Source: a virus. From it: DNA of 64,000 nucleotides. Position numbers and translations under genes: made by a program. The notes beneath the pieces were generated by a model. That model had not been told where the DNA came from, ran no database searches, and saw only the letters and a list, made by a program, of their open reading frames with translations. Positions 27,539 to 36,739 of the stretch are shown here, in pieces. The stretch covers positions 5,139 to 69,138 of the IMG/VR virus record IMGVR_UViG_3300025528_000005; one strand, written 5' to 3'. Position 1 is the stretch's first letter. The number at the start of each line of letters is the position of its first letter.

Positions 27539-27817
27539 ATGGAGAAATTCAATCGAGCCGTCCGTCGCCATCACGTTGAACGTCTGAAGAAAGCTCGTAA
27601 ACTCTATTGGTGCCCTGCTTCACTAGAGTGGCCGTATCCCTTAAAGAAAATCGAAGGGCTTGATCCCAAGAGGCTTGGAAAGGTCGTTTCGACGCCTAAA
27701 GCCTGCTCTTGCTGGCTTTGCAATCGCCCCCGTAAGGTGTTCGGGCTGACAATTAAAGAACAGTCATTTAACGAGTTTTTCAAGAAGGTAGAGGACGACG
27801 ATACTTCTGCGCTATAA
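27539..27817 (+). CDS. Hypothetical protein (CSCWLC motif)
   Basis: AGGAG RBS; 92 aa. Confidence 0.75.
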   Translation: MEKFNRAVRRHHVERLKKARKLYWCPASLEWPYPLKKIEGLDPKRLGKVVSTPKACSCWLCNRPRKVFGLTIKEQSFNEFFKKVEDDDTSAL

Positions 27818-27830
27818 TAGACGTTAGACT

Positions 27831-27906
27831 ACCAGTGTAGCTCAGTCGGTAGAGCAGCGGACCGATAATCCGCCGGTCGTTGGTTCAAACCCAACCGCTG
27901 GTACCA
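27831..27906 (+). tRNA. tRNA-Ile(GAT) with atypical C33
   Basis: GCGGA-CCGATAA-TCCGC; CCA. Confidence 0.85.
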
Positions 27907-27920
27907 CCTCATCACTTCCT

Positions 27921-27996
27921 TCCGGTGTAGCTCAGTCGGTAGAGCAGCGGACTGTTAATCCGCCTGTCGCTGGTTCGATCCCAGCCACCGGAGCCA
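27921..27996 (+). tRNA. tRNA-Asn(GTT)
   Basis: GCGGA-CTGTTAA-TCCGC; G discriminator + CCA. Confidence 0.95.
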
Positions 27997-28065
27997 AATT
28001 CACAAGGGCAGATCTCAGTCTTCCCTTTTCATTTCCTGTATAATCCCCTTCTTCACAGGACTTTT

Positions 28066-28527
28066 ATGAAGACCATCACCATCAACGTCGACTCGTGGTT
28101 CAATCGCTGTTTGAGCAGTTTCTACACCGATCTCTACTGGGACGACCTGGATTTCTGCAGTTACTGTAGAAAAGCCCTTTGGTTCATTCTCGTCGCGGTC
28201 GCAGGGCTGACGGTCGCTACTCTGCTCAGTGCAATCGTCGGCCACGGCCTTCTCAGCGACCTCTATCCGACTTTTCTAGAATGGTCCCGGTGGATTAGAT
28301 TACCAACAATCCTCCTCGTAGGTTTTCTCGTCATATGTATCGGCATCTCGGCCTTCTTCGGACTGATCGTCGCCGTCTTCGCTACCTTCGAAACGCTCAA
28401 AGCTAAATACCGGGCCTGGAAACGAAAGAACTTCGATTCCGACCAAGAGCCGTCCGCCATCGCCAGCGGATATCTCGCTCTGAAGGACAAGGTTTGCTTC
28501 AAGATCAATCCGGTCCGGAAGTCGTAA
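28066..28527 (+). CDS. Membrane protein
   Basis: Two long hydrophobic segments; AGGA RBS. Confidence 0.8.
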   Translation: MKTITINVDSWFNRCLSSFYTDLYWDDLDFCSYCRKALWFILVAVAGLTVATLLSAIVGHGLLSDLYPTFLEWSRWIRLPTILLVGFLVICIGISAFFGLIVAVFATFETLKAKYRAWKRKNFDSDQEPSAIASGYLALKDKVCFKINPVRKS

Positions 28528-28534
28528 CAACCAC

Positions 28535-28611
28535 ACGCCATTAGCTCAGCTGGACAGAGCAACGGCCTTCTAAGCCGTGGGTCACACGTTCGAATCGTGT
28601 ATGGCGTGCCA
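28535..28611 (+). tRNA. tRNA-Arg(TCT)
   Basis: ACGGC-CTTCTAA-GCCGT; CCA. Confidence 0.95.
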
Positions 28612-28638
28612 ACCTCTACTCTTCAAGGAAATGGCAAC

Positions 28639-28998
28639 GTGAGCTACCGCATGTTCCTCGACGATGAGCGGATGCCGGCCGAGAAGGATATGGACATGAT
28701 CATCGTCCGGTCCTTCGACGAGGCCGTGGCTTATATCAAGAGGCACGGCTGCCCGATCTTCATCAGCTTCGACCACGACCTGTGCTTCGAGCACTACGGC
28801 AACATGCCTACGAATGAGAAGACCGGCTACGATCTAGCGAAGTGGCTGGTCCTTCAAGATGTCTACTCCGAGGGATTCATCCCGGAAGGGTTCGGCTTCC
28901 AAGTCCATTCTCAGAACCCCGTTGGGGCAAAGAACATCCAGGCTTACCTTTCCCGCTACCTCGAACTTCGAAAAACCGAACACAAAAGGACCCAATGA
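28639..28998 (+). CDS. Cyclic-phosphate-processing receiver-like domain protein
   Basis: FLDDER.P; ISFDHDL; KTGYD; VHSQNPVG motifs. Confidence 0.8.
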   Translation: MSYRMFLDDERMPAEKDMDMIIVRSFDEAVAYIKRHGCPIFISFDHDLCFEHYGNMPTNEKTGYDLAKWLVLQDVYSEGFIPEGFGFQVHSQNPVGAKNIQAYLSRYLELRKTEHKRTQ

Positions 28999-30395
28999 AA
29001 GTCATTCTGCACAACGAAGACAATCCCGAAGACAACGCCATGCTCCAGGCGCTCTACTCCCGTAGTCCCAAGAGCGTGCTAGATCACCTCGAGAAACTCG
29101 ACAAGGTGGGCTCCGGCAAGTTCATGGAGCAGTTCTACCTGGGCTACGGACATGCGTCGATCGCCGACTGCGGCTTTGTCACGATCTACTTCGAAGGGAT
29201 CTCGATGCTGGCAGCCAAGGCAATCGAGGACAATCCGCTGTTTAATGGTCAGGAGTGCTCGAGCCGGTACATCGACTTCTCGCAACAAGAGTTCTACAAC
29301 CCCTATGCCGAAGGCGATCCCTCCCATGCCGTCGTGGCTTTCGTCTTTGATGAACTGAGAAGCTTCTACACTTCTCAACTCGAGCCTATGCAGCAATACC
29401 TTGCTGAAAGGTTCCCTAGGGAGGCCGGAGGGAATTCGAATGCATATGAAAAGGCTATTCGAGCACAGGCCTTTGACGTCCTACGAGGCTTCCTACCTGC
29501 CGGGGCAACGACAAATGTCGCCTGGACGACCAGCCTAAGAAAGGCTCATGAACGTCTGGTGCTGCTGATGCACCATCCTCTTCCTGAGATTCAGGAAATG
29601 GCTTTCAAGGCCTATGCCATGCTCTTCGAAGCCTATCCTCATTCCTTCAAGAAGGAGTATGCCGAGATCTCAGCTTTTGAAGATCGAATTGTCGCTTTGA
29701 AGGATCTCGAAGGTCCAGACCTGTTCTCCTATCTCAGCGACAGTTATAACTTTTATGCAACCACGCCATACCTTAATTGCAACCCTTGGTTAACAAAGGC
29801 TGGGGATAACTTGGCCGTAGAGATAGTCGGACCGGATCAACCCATTGAACTTCCTAAAACCCTGTCCAATCGGCCTGTTAAGACTCTTTTGCCGCGCCAC
29901 GAACTGGCGGCTCATACGCCAATTAAGTTAGAATTGACGCTGGATTTTGGATCGTTTAGAGATCTTCAAAGACACCGCGGTGGATACTGCTCCAACCCGG
30001 TTCTTGAAATCGATAGGGGCTTTCATCCGTGGTACTACGACCAACTTCCGGATTCGGCAAAACCTAAAGCAGATCGGCTTTTTAAACAAATTTCCGAGGC
30101 TTCGGCCACCGTACTTAAAACAGCTAAGTCGGATCCGGAACTTCAGTTTAATAAGCTGCTCCTGCAATACGTGACGCCCATGGGGGTTCTCGTACCGGTC
30201 ACACTTGTTTATTCGCTGGCCCAGATGATCTATGTCGCTGAACTACGTTCCGGAAAAACCGTCCATCCTACTCTCAGAGCCCCGGCTCAAGCCATGGCTA
30301 CGTGGTTGAAAGATAAGGGAATTCAGGCTTACGCGGATATGGACGAGTCTAACTGGACCGAGCGCCGCGGCACCCAGGACATTATTAAAAAGTAG
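28995..30395 (+). CDS. thyX: FAD-dependent thymidylate synthase (long, two-domain type)
   Basis: ALYSRS; FYLGYGHASIAD; ECSSRYIDF; RDLQRHR. Confidence 0.88.
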   Translation: MKVILHNEDNPEDNAMLQALYSRSPKSVLDHLEKLDKVGSGKFMEQFYLGYGHASIADCGFVTIYFEGISMLAAKAIEDNPLFNGQECSSRYIDFSQQEFYNPYAEGDPSHAVVAFVFDELRSFYTSQLEPMQQYLAERFPREAGGNSNAYEKAIRAQAFDVLRGFLPAGATTNVAWTTSLRKAHERLVLLMHHPLPEIQEMAFKAYAMLFEAYPHSFKKEYAEISAFEDRIVALKDLEGPDLFSYLSDSYNFYATTPYLNCNPWLTKAGDNLAVEIVGPDQPIELPKTLSNRPVKTLLPRHELAAHTPIKLELTLDFGSFRDLQRHRGGYCSNPVLEIDRGFHPWYYDQLPDSAKPKADRLFKQISEASATVLKTAKSDPELQFNKLLLQYVTPMGVLVPVTLVYSLAQMIYVAELRSGKTVHPTLRAPAQAMATWLKDKGIQAYADMDESNWTERRGTQDIIKK

Positions 30396-30432
30396 TTACC
30401 TCGTCAACCCTTCGATTTTGTAAGGAGCATTT

Positions 30433-30924
30433 ATGAGCATCACCTCGATTAAGAACGAAGAGGTCATCTTCGTTTCGTTTCTGGGCCTCGGCGTTTGCTT
30501 GAAGGTCGAAGGCAACACGTTGGTTCCTGTCACCAACTCCGTGATGGGAGACACGGCAGAAGTCGTTTTGAATAACTTCCGGGATAACCTTTCTGAATTC
30601 ATCGATAACAAGCTGTTCGAGATCCAGAAGGCTAAGGCGGTTCTCCCTCTAGTCAACCTCCTCGAGAGGATGGACGAAGAAAATGGAGGCATGCCGCCTG
30701 ATCTGGCAAGAGATCTGATCTCCTCTCTGGATGCTACGATCAAGAAAATGACGGAGCGTCTCGGAGAAGCCCGGGAGCTGATGCTCGATGTCACTGATCT
30801 GATGATCAAATACGGCATCACGATCAAATCTCGTTCCGAGAACGATGACGAAGATCAATCGCCTGCTGTCGATATTCAGCAACAGGTAAGCGATCTTCTA
30901 GCCCGTATTCGCAAAAAGCAGTAA
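30433..30924 (+). CDS. Hypothetical protein
   Basis: AAGGAG RBS; 163 aa. Confidence 0.8.
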   Translation: MSITSIKNEEVIFVSFLGLGVCLKVEGNTLVPVTNSVMGDTAEVVLNNFRDNLSEFIDNKLFEIQKAKAVLPLVNLLERMDEENGGMPPDLARDLISSLDATIKKMTERLGEARELMLDVTDLMIKYGITIKSRSENDDEDQSPAVDIQQQVSDLLARIRKKQ

Positions 30925-31073
30925 ACTATAAGTATTCGGACCCTTTATTTCAGGGTCCTCTCGCAGACGAGGCGTCTGCTTTTTTTTACGTGAGGTACGT
31001 AATCATGTCACATGCCGGAATTTCCCCGGTTGCATCCCTATATTCCAGCCAGCTGTCAGGCAACATATTCGCC

Positions 31074-32168
31074 ATGAGCAGCCGCGGCTCGAAAGGCAAT
31101 TCTTCCCCTGAAAAACCCTATCACCTGGCTGTCATCATCGGCCGTTTCGAGCCATTTCATGCTGGGCACGGCCTTTTGCTTAACAAGGCGGTGATGGTGG
31201 CCGATAGGGTCCTCATTCTTATCGGCTCCTCCTATCTCCCACGCACAATCAAGAATCCGTTCACCTATCAGGAACGGGCTTTCATGGTTCGGGAATACTG
31301 CGAGCAACACAAGATCGATCTCGACCGTGTTGTGACGGTTCCGCTTCGGGATAATTTGTATTCCGACGCTGCCTGGGAGAAGCAGGTGCAGGACATTGTC
31401 TCCGAGCACCAGGGCGCTGTCTTCAACTTCGGTCCGATCCGCACTTGCATCGTAGGCCATAAGAAGGATGAAAGCAGCTACTACCTGGATCGCTTCCCTC
31501 AGTGGGACTTCGTCGATGTCGAGGAATTCAGGCTGCCAGGTCTGGATGCCACGAACGTGCGAAATCTGCTGTTCACCAACAAAGACAGCATCGCACTGCT
31601 ACAAGGCGTAGTCCCGGACTCCACCTTCGAGCTCTTGACCGATTTCGTCAAGACCGAAGCTTACGAACGGCTCGTGCGGGAATACACCGCGGACAAGGCT
31701 TATAAAGCTCTCTGGGCCACGGCTCCGTTCCCGCCGGTCTTCGTAACCACGGATGCCGTGGTCTCCAAAGCCGGACACGTTTTGATGGTCAGGCGCAAAG
31801 AGGCCCCCGGTGAGGGTCTCTGGGCCCTCCCGGGTGGCTTTCTAGACATCAACCAGGACCTCTTAGACTCCTGCGTCCGAGAGCTCTACGAGGAGACGAA
31901 TCTCGATCTACCGCCGGCGGTCCTTAGAGGCTCGCTGGTCAAGAGCGAGGTATTCGGACATCCGAAACGATCGACCAGAGGTCGCACGATCACTCATGCC
32001 TATTTCTTCAGCCTGGATGGTCGTGACTCCAAACCTGGATTACCCAAGGTTCGAGGCGGAGACGACGCGGCCGAGGCGAAGTGGATCCCGATCGGCGAGC
32101 TCGTGAGCATGAGTGAGTCCATTTTCGAGGATCACCTTTCCATCGTGACCCGACTGCTGGGTCTTTAA
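31074..32168 (+). CDS. nadM: Bifunctional NMN adenylyltransferase/Nudix hydrolase (start uncertain)
   Basis: [10 protein letters not shown]; KNPF; [11 protein letters not shown]; Nudix box [18 protein letters not shown]; DDAAEAKW. Confidence 0.95.
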   Translation: MSSRGSKGNSSPEKPYHLAVIIGRFEPFHAGHGLLLNKAVMVADRVLILIGSSYLPRTIKNPFTYQERAFMVREYCEQHKIDLDRVVTVPLRDNLYSDAAWEKQVQDIVSEHQGAVFNFGPIRTCIVGHKKDESSYYLDRFPQWDFVDVEEFRLPGLDATNVRNLLFTNKDSIALLQGVVPDSTFELLTDFVKTEAYERLVREYTADKAYKALWATAPFPPVFVTTDAVVSKAGHVLMVRRKEAPGEGLWALPGGFLDINQDLLDSCVRELYEETNLDLPPAVLRGSLVKSEVFGHPKRSTRGRTITHAYFFSLDGRDSKPGLPKVRGGDDAAEAKWIPIGELVSMSESIFEDHLSIVTRLLGL

Positions 32169-32215
32169 TTTCCGCGCCGAGGCGGCGCATCATTCATTTA
32201 ACGAGGCGTTAAATT

Positions 32216-33694
32216 ATGAACTTTCAGCGTAACATCCTTCTGTCCACGGACAGCTATAAGCTGTCGCACTTCCTTCAGTACCCCGCCGCGACGACGGGCA
32301 TGTTCTCCTACATCGAAGCGAGGAAGAACAACAGCAAACTTTCCAAGGCCGAAGGCGTGGTGTTCTTCGGGTTGCAAGCCTTCATCAAGGAGTACCTCCT
32401 GACTCCGATCACCATGGGGCAGATCGACGAGGCCGAGGCCATCGCCAAGGCTCACGGCGAACCCTTCCCGAGGAAGGCCTTTGAAAAGATCATCACTCAG
32501 TACGGTGGCTATCTGCCCCTCATCATCAGCGCTGTCAAGGAAGGTACGCACGTTCCCTTTGGAAACGTTCTGGCGACGGTCGAATGCCACGACCCGGTGC
32601 TGTTCTGGCTGGCATCCTACATCGAAACGGCGCTGCTCCGTGCCATCTGGTATCCGACGACGGTTTGCACGATCAGCAATCAGACCAAGCAGATCATCTC
32701 TCGCTATCTCGAGGAGACGTCGGACGATCCTGCCGGTCAGCTTCCGTTCAAGCTTCACGACTTCGGCGCTCGAGGCGTGAGCTCTGGTGAGTCGGCCGCT
32801 CTCGGCGGTATGGCCCACCTGGTCAACTTCATGGGGACTGACACCGTGGAAGCTCTGGTTGCAGCCAAGCGTTACTACGGCGCTGAGATGGCCGGATATT
32901 CGATCCCTGCAGCAGAGCACAGCACGATCACGAGTTGGGGACGAAGCAGGGAAGCTGACGCCTATCGAAATATGATCCAGCAGTTCAGCAAACCCGGCTC
33001 CATCTACGCGGTGGTCTCGGACAGCTACGACATCTTCAACGCAGTCGACAATCTTTGGGGTGGCGAACTCAAAGAGGAAGTCATCGCCGGTGGCGGAACC
33101 CTCGTCGTTCGCCCGGACTCCGGGGATCCGATCGGAACCCCTGTGCGGGTCATTGTGAAGCTCGCCGAGAAGTTCGGCGTGACCTTCAACAGCAAGGGTT
33201 ACCGGGTTCTGAACAACGTTCGAGTGATCCAGGGAGACGGCATCGGTCCTTACGAGATCGAGCGGATTCTGCAGAATCTGAAGTTCCTAGGATTCTCGGC
33301 CGACAACATCGCTTTCGGCATGGGCGGTGCCCTGCTTCAGCAGGTCAATCGGGACACGTTCAGTTTCTCCCAGAAGTGCTCAGCCATCTTCGACGCTGAA
33401 GGCAATGAGATCGAGGTCTACAAGGATCCGGTTGGCGGTGGCAAAACTTCCAAGCGTGGCGTGATCACGTTGACCACCGGGATCATGGAGTTTCCTGAGC
33501 ACGGCTCGTGCATCCAGAAGCAGACCTTGGTCACGAAGCGTGTCTCCGAGTTGAGGAAAGATGAGCCGGAGCTGCTCGAGGCTGTCTATAGCCACGGCAC
33601 TCTCCTGCGAAATCAAACCTTCGACGAGATTCGCCGGCTCTCCAATGAAACGAGCTGCAGCCGAGTCCTGACTTTGGACTCACAAACAGCGTAA
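32216..33694 (+). CDS. nadV: Nicotinamide phosphoribosyltransferase
   Basis: TDSYKLSH; LHDFGARG; AAEHS; VSDSYD; VRPDSGDP; IQGDG; FGMGG. Confidence 0.96.
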   Translation: MNFQRNILLSTDSYKLSHFLQYPAATTGMFSYIEARKNNSKLSKAEGVVFFGLQAFIKEYLLTPITMGQIDEAEAIAKAHGEPFPRKAFEKIITQYGGYLPLIISAVKEGTHVPFGNVLATVECHDPVLFWLASYIETALLRAIWYPTTVCTISNQTKQIISRYLEETSDDPAGQLPFKLHDFGARGVSSGESAALGGMAHLVNFMGTDTVEALVAAKRYYGAEMAGYSIPAAEHSTITSWGRSREADAYRNMIQQFSKPGSIYAVVSDSYDIFNAVDNLWGGELKEEVIAGGGTLVVRPDSGDPIGTPVRVIVKLAEKFGVTFNSKGYRVLNNVRVIQGDGIGPYEIERILQNLKFLGFSADNIAFGMGGALLQQVNRDTFSFSQKCSAIFDAEGNEIEVYKDPVGGGKTSKRGVITLTTGIMEFPEHGSCIQKQTLVTKRVSELRKDEPELLEAVYSHGTLLRNQTFDEIRRLSNETSCSRVLTLDSQTA

Positions 33695-33742
33695 TCGCCA
33701 TCCAGGTCGGGGCTTTAAGCCCCGGCTTCCTACGAGACGACT

Positions 33743-33943
33743 ATGAGTTTCGACAAGCACTATCCGAACCGGAAAGATTGGAGGAAGCCCTATCGCGGTT
33801 CGAAGCGGTTTGACCGGACATGTCGCAACCACGGAAGTTGCGGCTACTGCGAGGCAAACCGCACGTTCAATCGAAAGCGTCAGACCGAGAGCCTCGATGC
33901 CGACTTCAAAACCTTTCTCACCGACGACGCTTCCGACGACTAA
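33743..33943 (+). CDS. Hypothetical protein
   Basis: FDRTCRNHGSCGYC Cys/His motif; 66 aa. Confidence 0.7.
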   Translation: MSFDKHYPNRKDWRKPYRGSKRFDRTCRNHGSCGYCEANRTFNRKRQTESLDADFKTFLTDDASDD

Positions 33944-33958
33944 CCTACCCTTTCTAGT

Positions 33959-34174
33959 ATGAATGTCAAAGAACTGAAACAGATCTTAGAGAAAGTCCCG
34001 GACAATGCGGTTATTCTCCTTCCTGGGTACGATCACTCATACAACCTCGCCAGCGTCGAACTCAGCACGGCCATGTTCAAAGACGGGGACTGGCTGGAAG
34101 ACCATGGAGATACTTACACTCCAGAGGGGCCTGTTTACGGTTCGAGAAGAACCGCTCTCATCATCCGACCTTGA
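33959..34174 (+). CDS. Hypothetical protein
   Basis: MNVKELKQILEKVPD-type phage N-terminus. Confidence 0.7.
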   Translation: MNVKELKQILEKVPDNAVILLPGYDHSYNLASVELSTAMFKDGDWLEDHGDTYTPEGPVYGSRRTALIIRP

Positions 34175-34478
34175 GCTCCTGCCGGTCCACCTCCCCTTCT
34201 TTGAAATAGGGGAGGCGGTGGTCTGGAGAGACGAGTCTGCCCGTATCGTTTCCCCGGCCTTCATTTTCGAAGAAGCTTACCACTACGACCTAAGACTGGT
34301 TTCGACTGGGCAGATGATCCTCGGAGTTTGCGAGGAAGAGCTTCTATCCCTTTCATCAGTGGCTGCTGACGAGGCTCCAGACCTATCTCCGTCCGTCCCC
34401 TCGTTTGCTGAAGTAATAGAAATCCCTGACTCCGTCTTGCGTCCGTTGTTTCGTGATAGAATTCCTTCAAAGAGGTGA
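34005..34478 (+). CDS. Hypothetical protein (true start probably ~34100-34170)
   Basis: FEIGEAVVW.. SH3-like segment in the C-terminal part. Confidence 0.45.
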   Translation: MRLFSFLGTITHTTSPASNSARPCSKTGTGWKTMEILTLQRGLFTVREEPLSSSDLELLPVHLPFFEIGEAVVWRDESARIVSPAFIFEEAYHYDLRLVSTGQMILGVCEEELLSLSSVAADEAPDLSPSVPSFAEVIEIPDSVLRPLFRDRIPSKR

Positions 34479-34484
34479 TTCATC

Positions 34485-34778
34485 ATGTTATTCAACGACT
34501 TTAAGAAAGACGAACGGTGCGGAGATTGCGGAAAATTGCTTTCCGATCTTGCCTCTGGTGAAGCTACTTGCCGTCCTTGCCAAGACGAGGTCGACTATCT
34601 TCTTGCCAGAACTACCGTCCTTGGACACCTGAAGACGGCTCTCTACTGCTTCTGGAGCTTCGATTTCATCGGCGCTCTTGTAGAGCTCATCTGGGCTGTA
34701 CAGAGAGCGACCGGAACAGGCGATTACGGAGAAAACGGCCGTTTCACCAAGCTTTTAAATCAACGCGCCTCGAAATAG
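34485..34778 (+). CDS. Hypothetical protein with CxxC..CxxC
   Basis: GAGGTG RBS. Confidence 0.65.
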   Translation: MLFNDFKKDERCGDCGKLLSDLASGEATCRPCQDEVDYLLARTTVLGHLKTALYCFWSFDFIGALVELIWAVQRATGTGDYGENGRFTKLLNQRASK

Positions 34779-34800
34779 GGGCGACATTTGTTAGTAAGTC

Positions 34801-35427
34801 ATGGAACACAAGTACATTCTTTTAATCGATATGGACGGCGTTATCTGCGAGTGGACCGGCCGGGTTCTCTCCGCCTATCGAGAGCGTTTTCCGGATCGCC
34901 CCTGCCCGTCTCAAGACGAAGTCACTCAGTTCTACCTGGAAGATCTCTTCCCGGAAGAGCACCGTGACGACGTCCTCGCTATCGTCCGGGAAGCCGGATT
35001 CTATTCCAGCCTCGAACCGATACCTGGTGCGATCGACGCACTCGAGAACATGATGATCGAATGCCAGGGCTTCCTGGAGCCGTTCATCTGTTCGTCTCCC
35101 GAGGTGGATTATGCCGGCCTGCAGTGCCACAGCGAGAAAGCGGTCTGGGTTGAAAAGCATCTTGGACCCTGGTGGACGAAGAGATTGATCCTGACTCGGG
35201 ATAAGACTCTGGTCCGAGGCCACATCCTTATCGACGACAAGCCAGAAATCAAAGGAGTCACAACGCCGACTTGGTATCAGCTGGTCTTTGACCAACCTTA
35301 CAACCGCCACGTTGCAAAACAGCGCTTCACCTGGAGTGATTGGCCGATTCTACGTCAATCGATGGCCGGGTTGAGTAACGAAACACAATCGTCGACGGAA
35401 GAAGGTCGCATCATCCTTCTTAGCTAG
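34801..35427 (+). CDS. 5'(3')-deoxyribonucleotidase (HAD, NT5C type)
   Basis: IDMDGV; EKAVWV..HLG; DKTLV.G.ILIDDKP; FDQPYN. Confidence 0.92.
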   Translation: MEHKYILLIDMDGVICEWTGRVLSAYRERFPDRPCPSQDEVTQFYLEDLFPEEHRDDVLAIVREAGFYSSLEPIPGAIDALENMMIECQGFLEPFICSSPEVDYAGLQCHSEKAVWVEKHLGPWWTKRLILTRDKTLVRGHILIDDKPEIKGVTTPTWYQLVFDQPYNRHVAKQRFTWSDWPILRQSMAGLSNETQSSTEEGRIILLS

Positions 35428-35464
35428 CGACCTGCAGCAATATAGTTTGATCATAGAGGCTCTT

Positions 35465-36091
35465 ATGGACGATCTGCCATTCTTCAGACCGGACGATTTC
35501 CGCCTGCTATTTCTCGATATCGACGGCGTGCTGAACTCCACGAAAACCGCTGTTGCCTATGGATGCCTACCTTGGCCATCGTCTGTCATTGAAGGAAATC
35601 GAGCTGAGCCTGCCGACCCTCCTGTTGAAGACGTTGAAGCCTTCGATGACGTCAGCGTTCGGTTGATCGAGAGGCTGTGCGAAAAGACCGACACGCATAT
35701 CGTCCTATCCTCGACCTGGCGCTCCGGTTTGAACGTTGAGGAGGTTCGGGCAATGCTAGGCTACATCGGCCTCTCGTCCGAGCGAGTCATTGGTCGAACC
35801 GGGCCCAGTCTTCCCGGACGTGGCAGAGGCTGGGAAATCGAGCAATTCCTCATTGGTCTTGAGAGGGACACGAAGTACCTGGTTGAGTCTGGGCTTATCG
35901 TACCCGGCCTCTACGGGAAGTCCCTTGAACCGCGTAGCTATGTCATCGTCGATGACGACGACGATATGCTGGAGAGCCAGGTCAAGAATTTCGTTCAGGT
36001 CAACTGGGACGAAGGTCTGTCTTTTGCCGACGTACTAAAAGCCGGTCAGATCTTGACAATGAAAGACTTCATGAGGTATAACCTGATGTAA
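35465..36091 (+). CDS. HAD-family phosphatase (Swiss-Army-knife RNA-repair-like HAD)
   Basis: LFLDIDGVLNS; IVLSSTWR; RGWEI; YVIVDDDDDML. Confidence 0.85.
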   Translation: MDDLPFFRPDDFRLLFLDIDGVLNSTKTAVAYGCLPWPSSVIEGNRAEPADPPVEDVEAFDDVSVRLIERLCEKTDTHIVLSSTWRSGLNVEEVRAMLGYIGLSSERVIGRTGPSLPGRGRGWEIEQFLIGLERDTKYLVESGLIVPGLYGKSLEPRSYVIVDDDDDMLESQVKNFVQVNWDEGLSFADVLKAGQILTMKDFMRYNLM

Positions 36092-36206
36092 ATAATCTCT
36101 GTTTTCTTGGTACAAGAGATTAGCTAAGGCCGGTTTACTTTGGTGCGCTAAGCCGGTCATTGATCCCAAGACGCACCATTGTTTTGTTAACTTAACGAGT
36201 ATTGAT

Positions 36207-36446
36207 ATGGCAACTCTGAATCAAATCGGTCGAACCCTTGCCCGTAACACCGCCATCCTGCGTAAGGATGCCGCTCTGAACCTGTCCGACATGGAACGCA
36301 TGACCGGAGTGTCGCGTCGCACTCTGGGGCGCATTGAAAAGGCACGCAAGGAGCGTCGTCCGTACAGCCCGATGCTGAAAACGGTGCTGAAGCTGGCTGA
36401 GACCGCGGGCGTGTCGGTCGACGACTATATCAAGACCTCTTTCTAA
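36207..36446 (+). CDS. XRE-family HTH regulator
   Basis: LNLSDMERMTGVSRRTLGRIE..P.LKTVLKLA. Confidence 0.88.
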   Translation: MATLNQIGRTLARNTAILRKDAALNLSDMERMTGVSRRTLGRIEKARKERRPYSPMLKTVLKLAETAGVSVDDYIKTSF

Positions 36447-36570
36447 GCATCCTTTTGAACAGGCATTCAACAAAAAGAAGAACTTTGGTATAAGAGAATT
36501 GCAGAGGAACATTATCCCTTTGCACTTCGCTTCTCCTTGGCTATTCTTTTGCCTGCGCAAGAGGTGTCTT

Positions 36571-36738
36571 ATGACGATCCTGAACGTTATTGAGTACGAA
36601 GATGAAGGCCTGGCCATCATCGAAGATGATCATGGCAAATATGCCGTCACCTCTGACGATCCGACCTTCATTCCATTGGACTCCGTGTCCTCATATTCGA
36701 CGGTCGGGAACCTCGAGCGTCAGCGAATGCTAACCTAG
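36571..36738 (+). CDS. Small hypothetical protein
   Basis: GAGGTG RBS; follows promoter 36485. Confidence 0.55.
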   Translation: MTILNVIEYEDEGLAIIEDDHGKYAVTSDDPTFIPLDSVSSYSTVGNLERQRMLT

Positions 36739-36739
36739 G

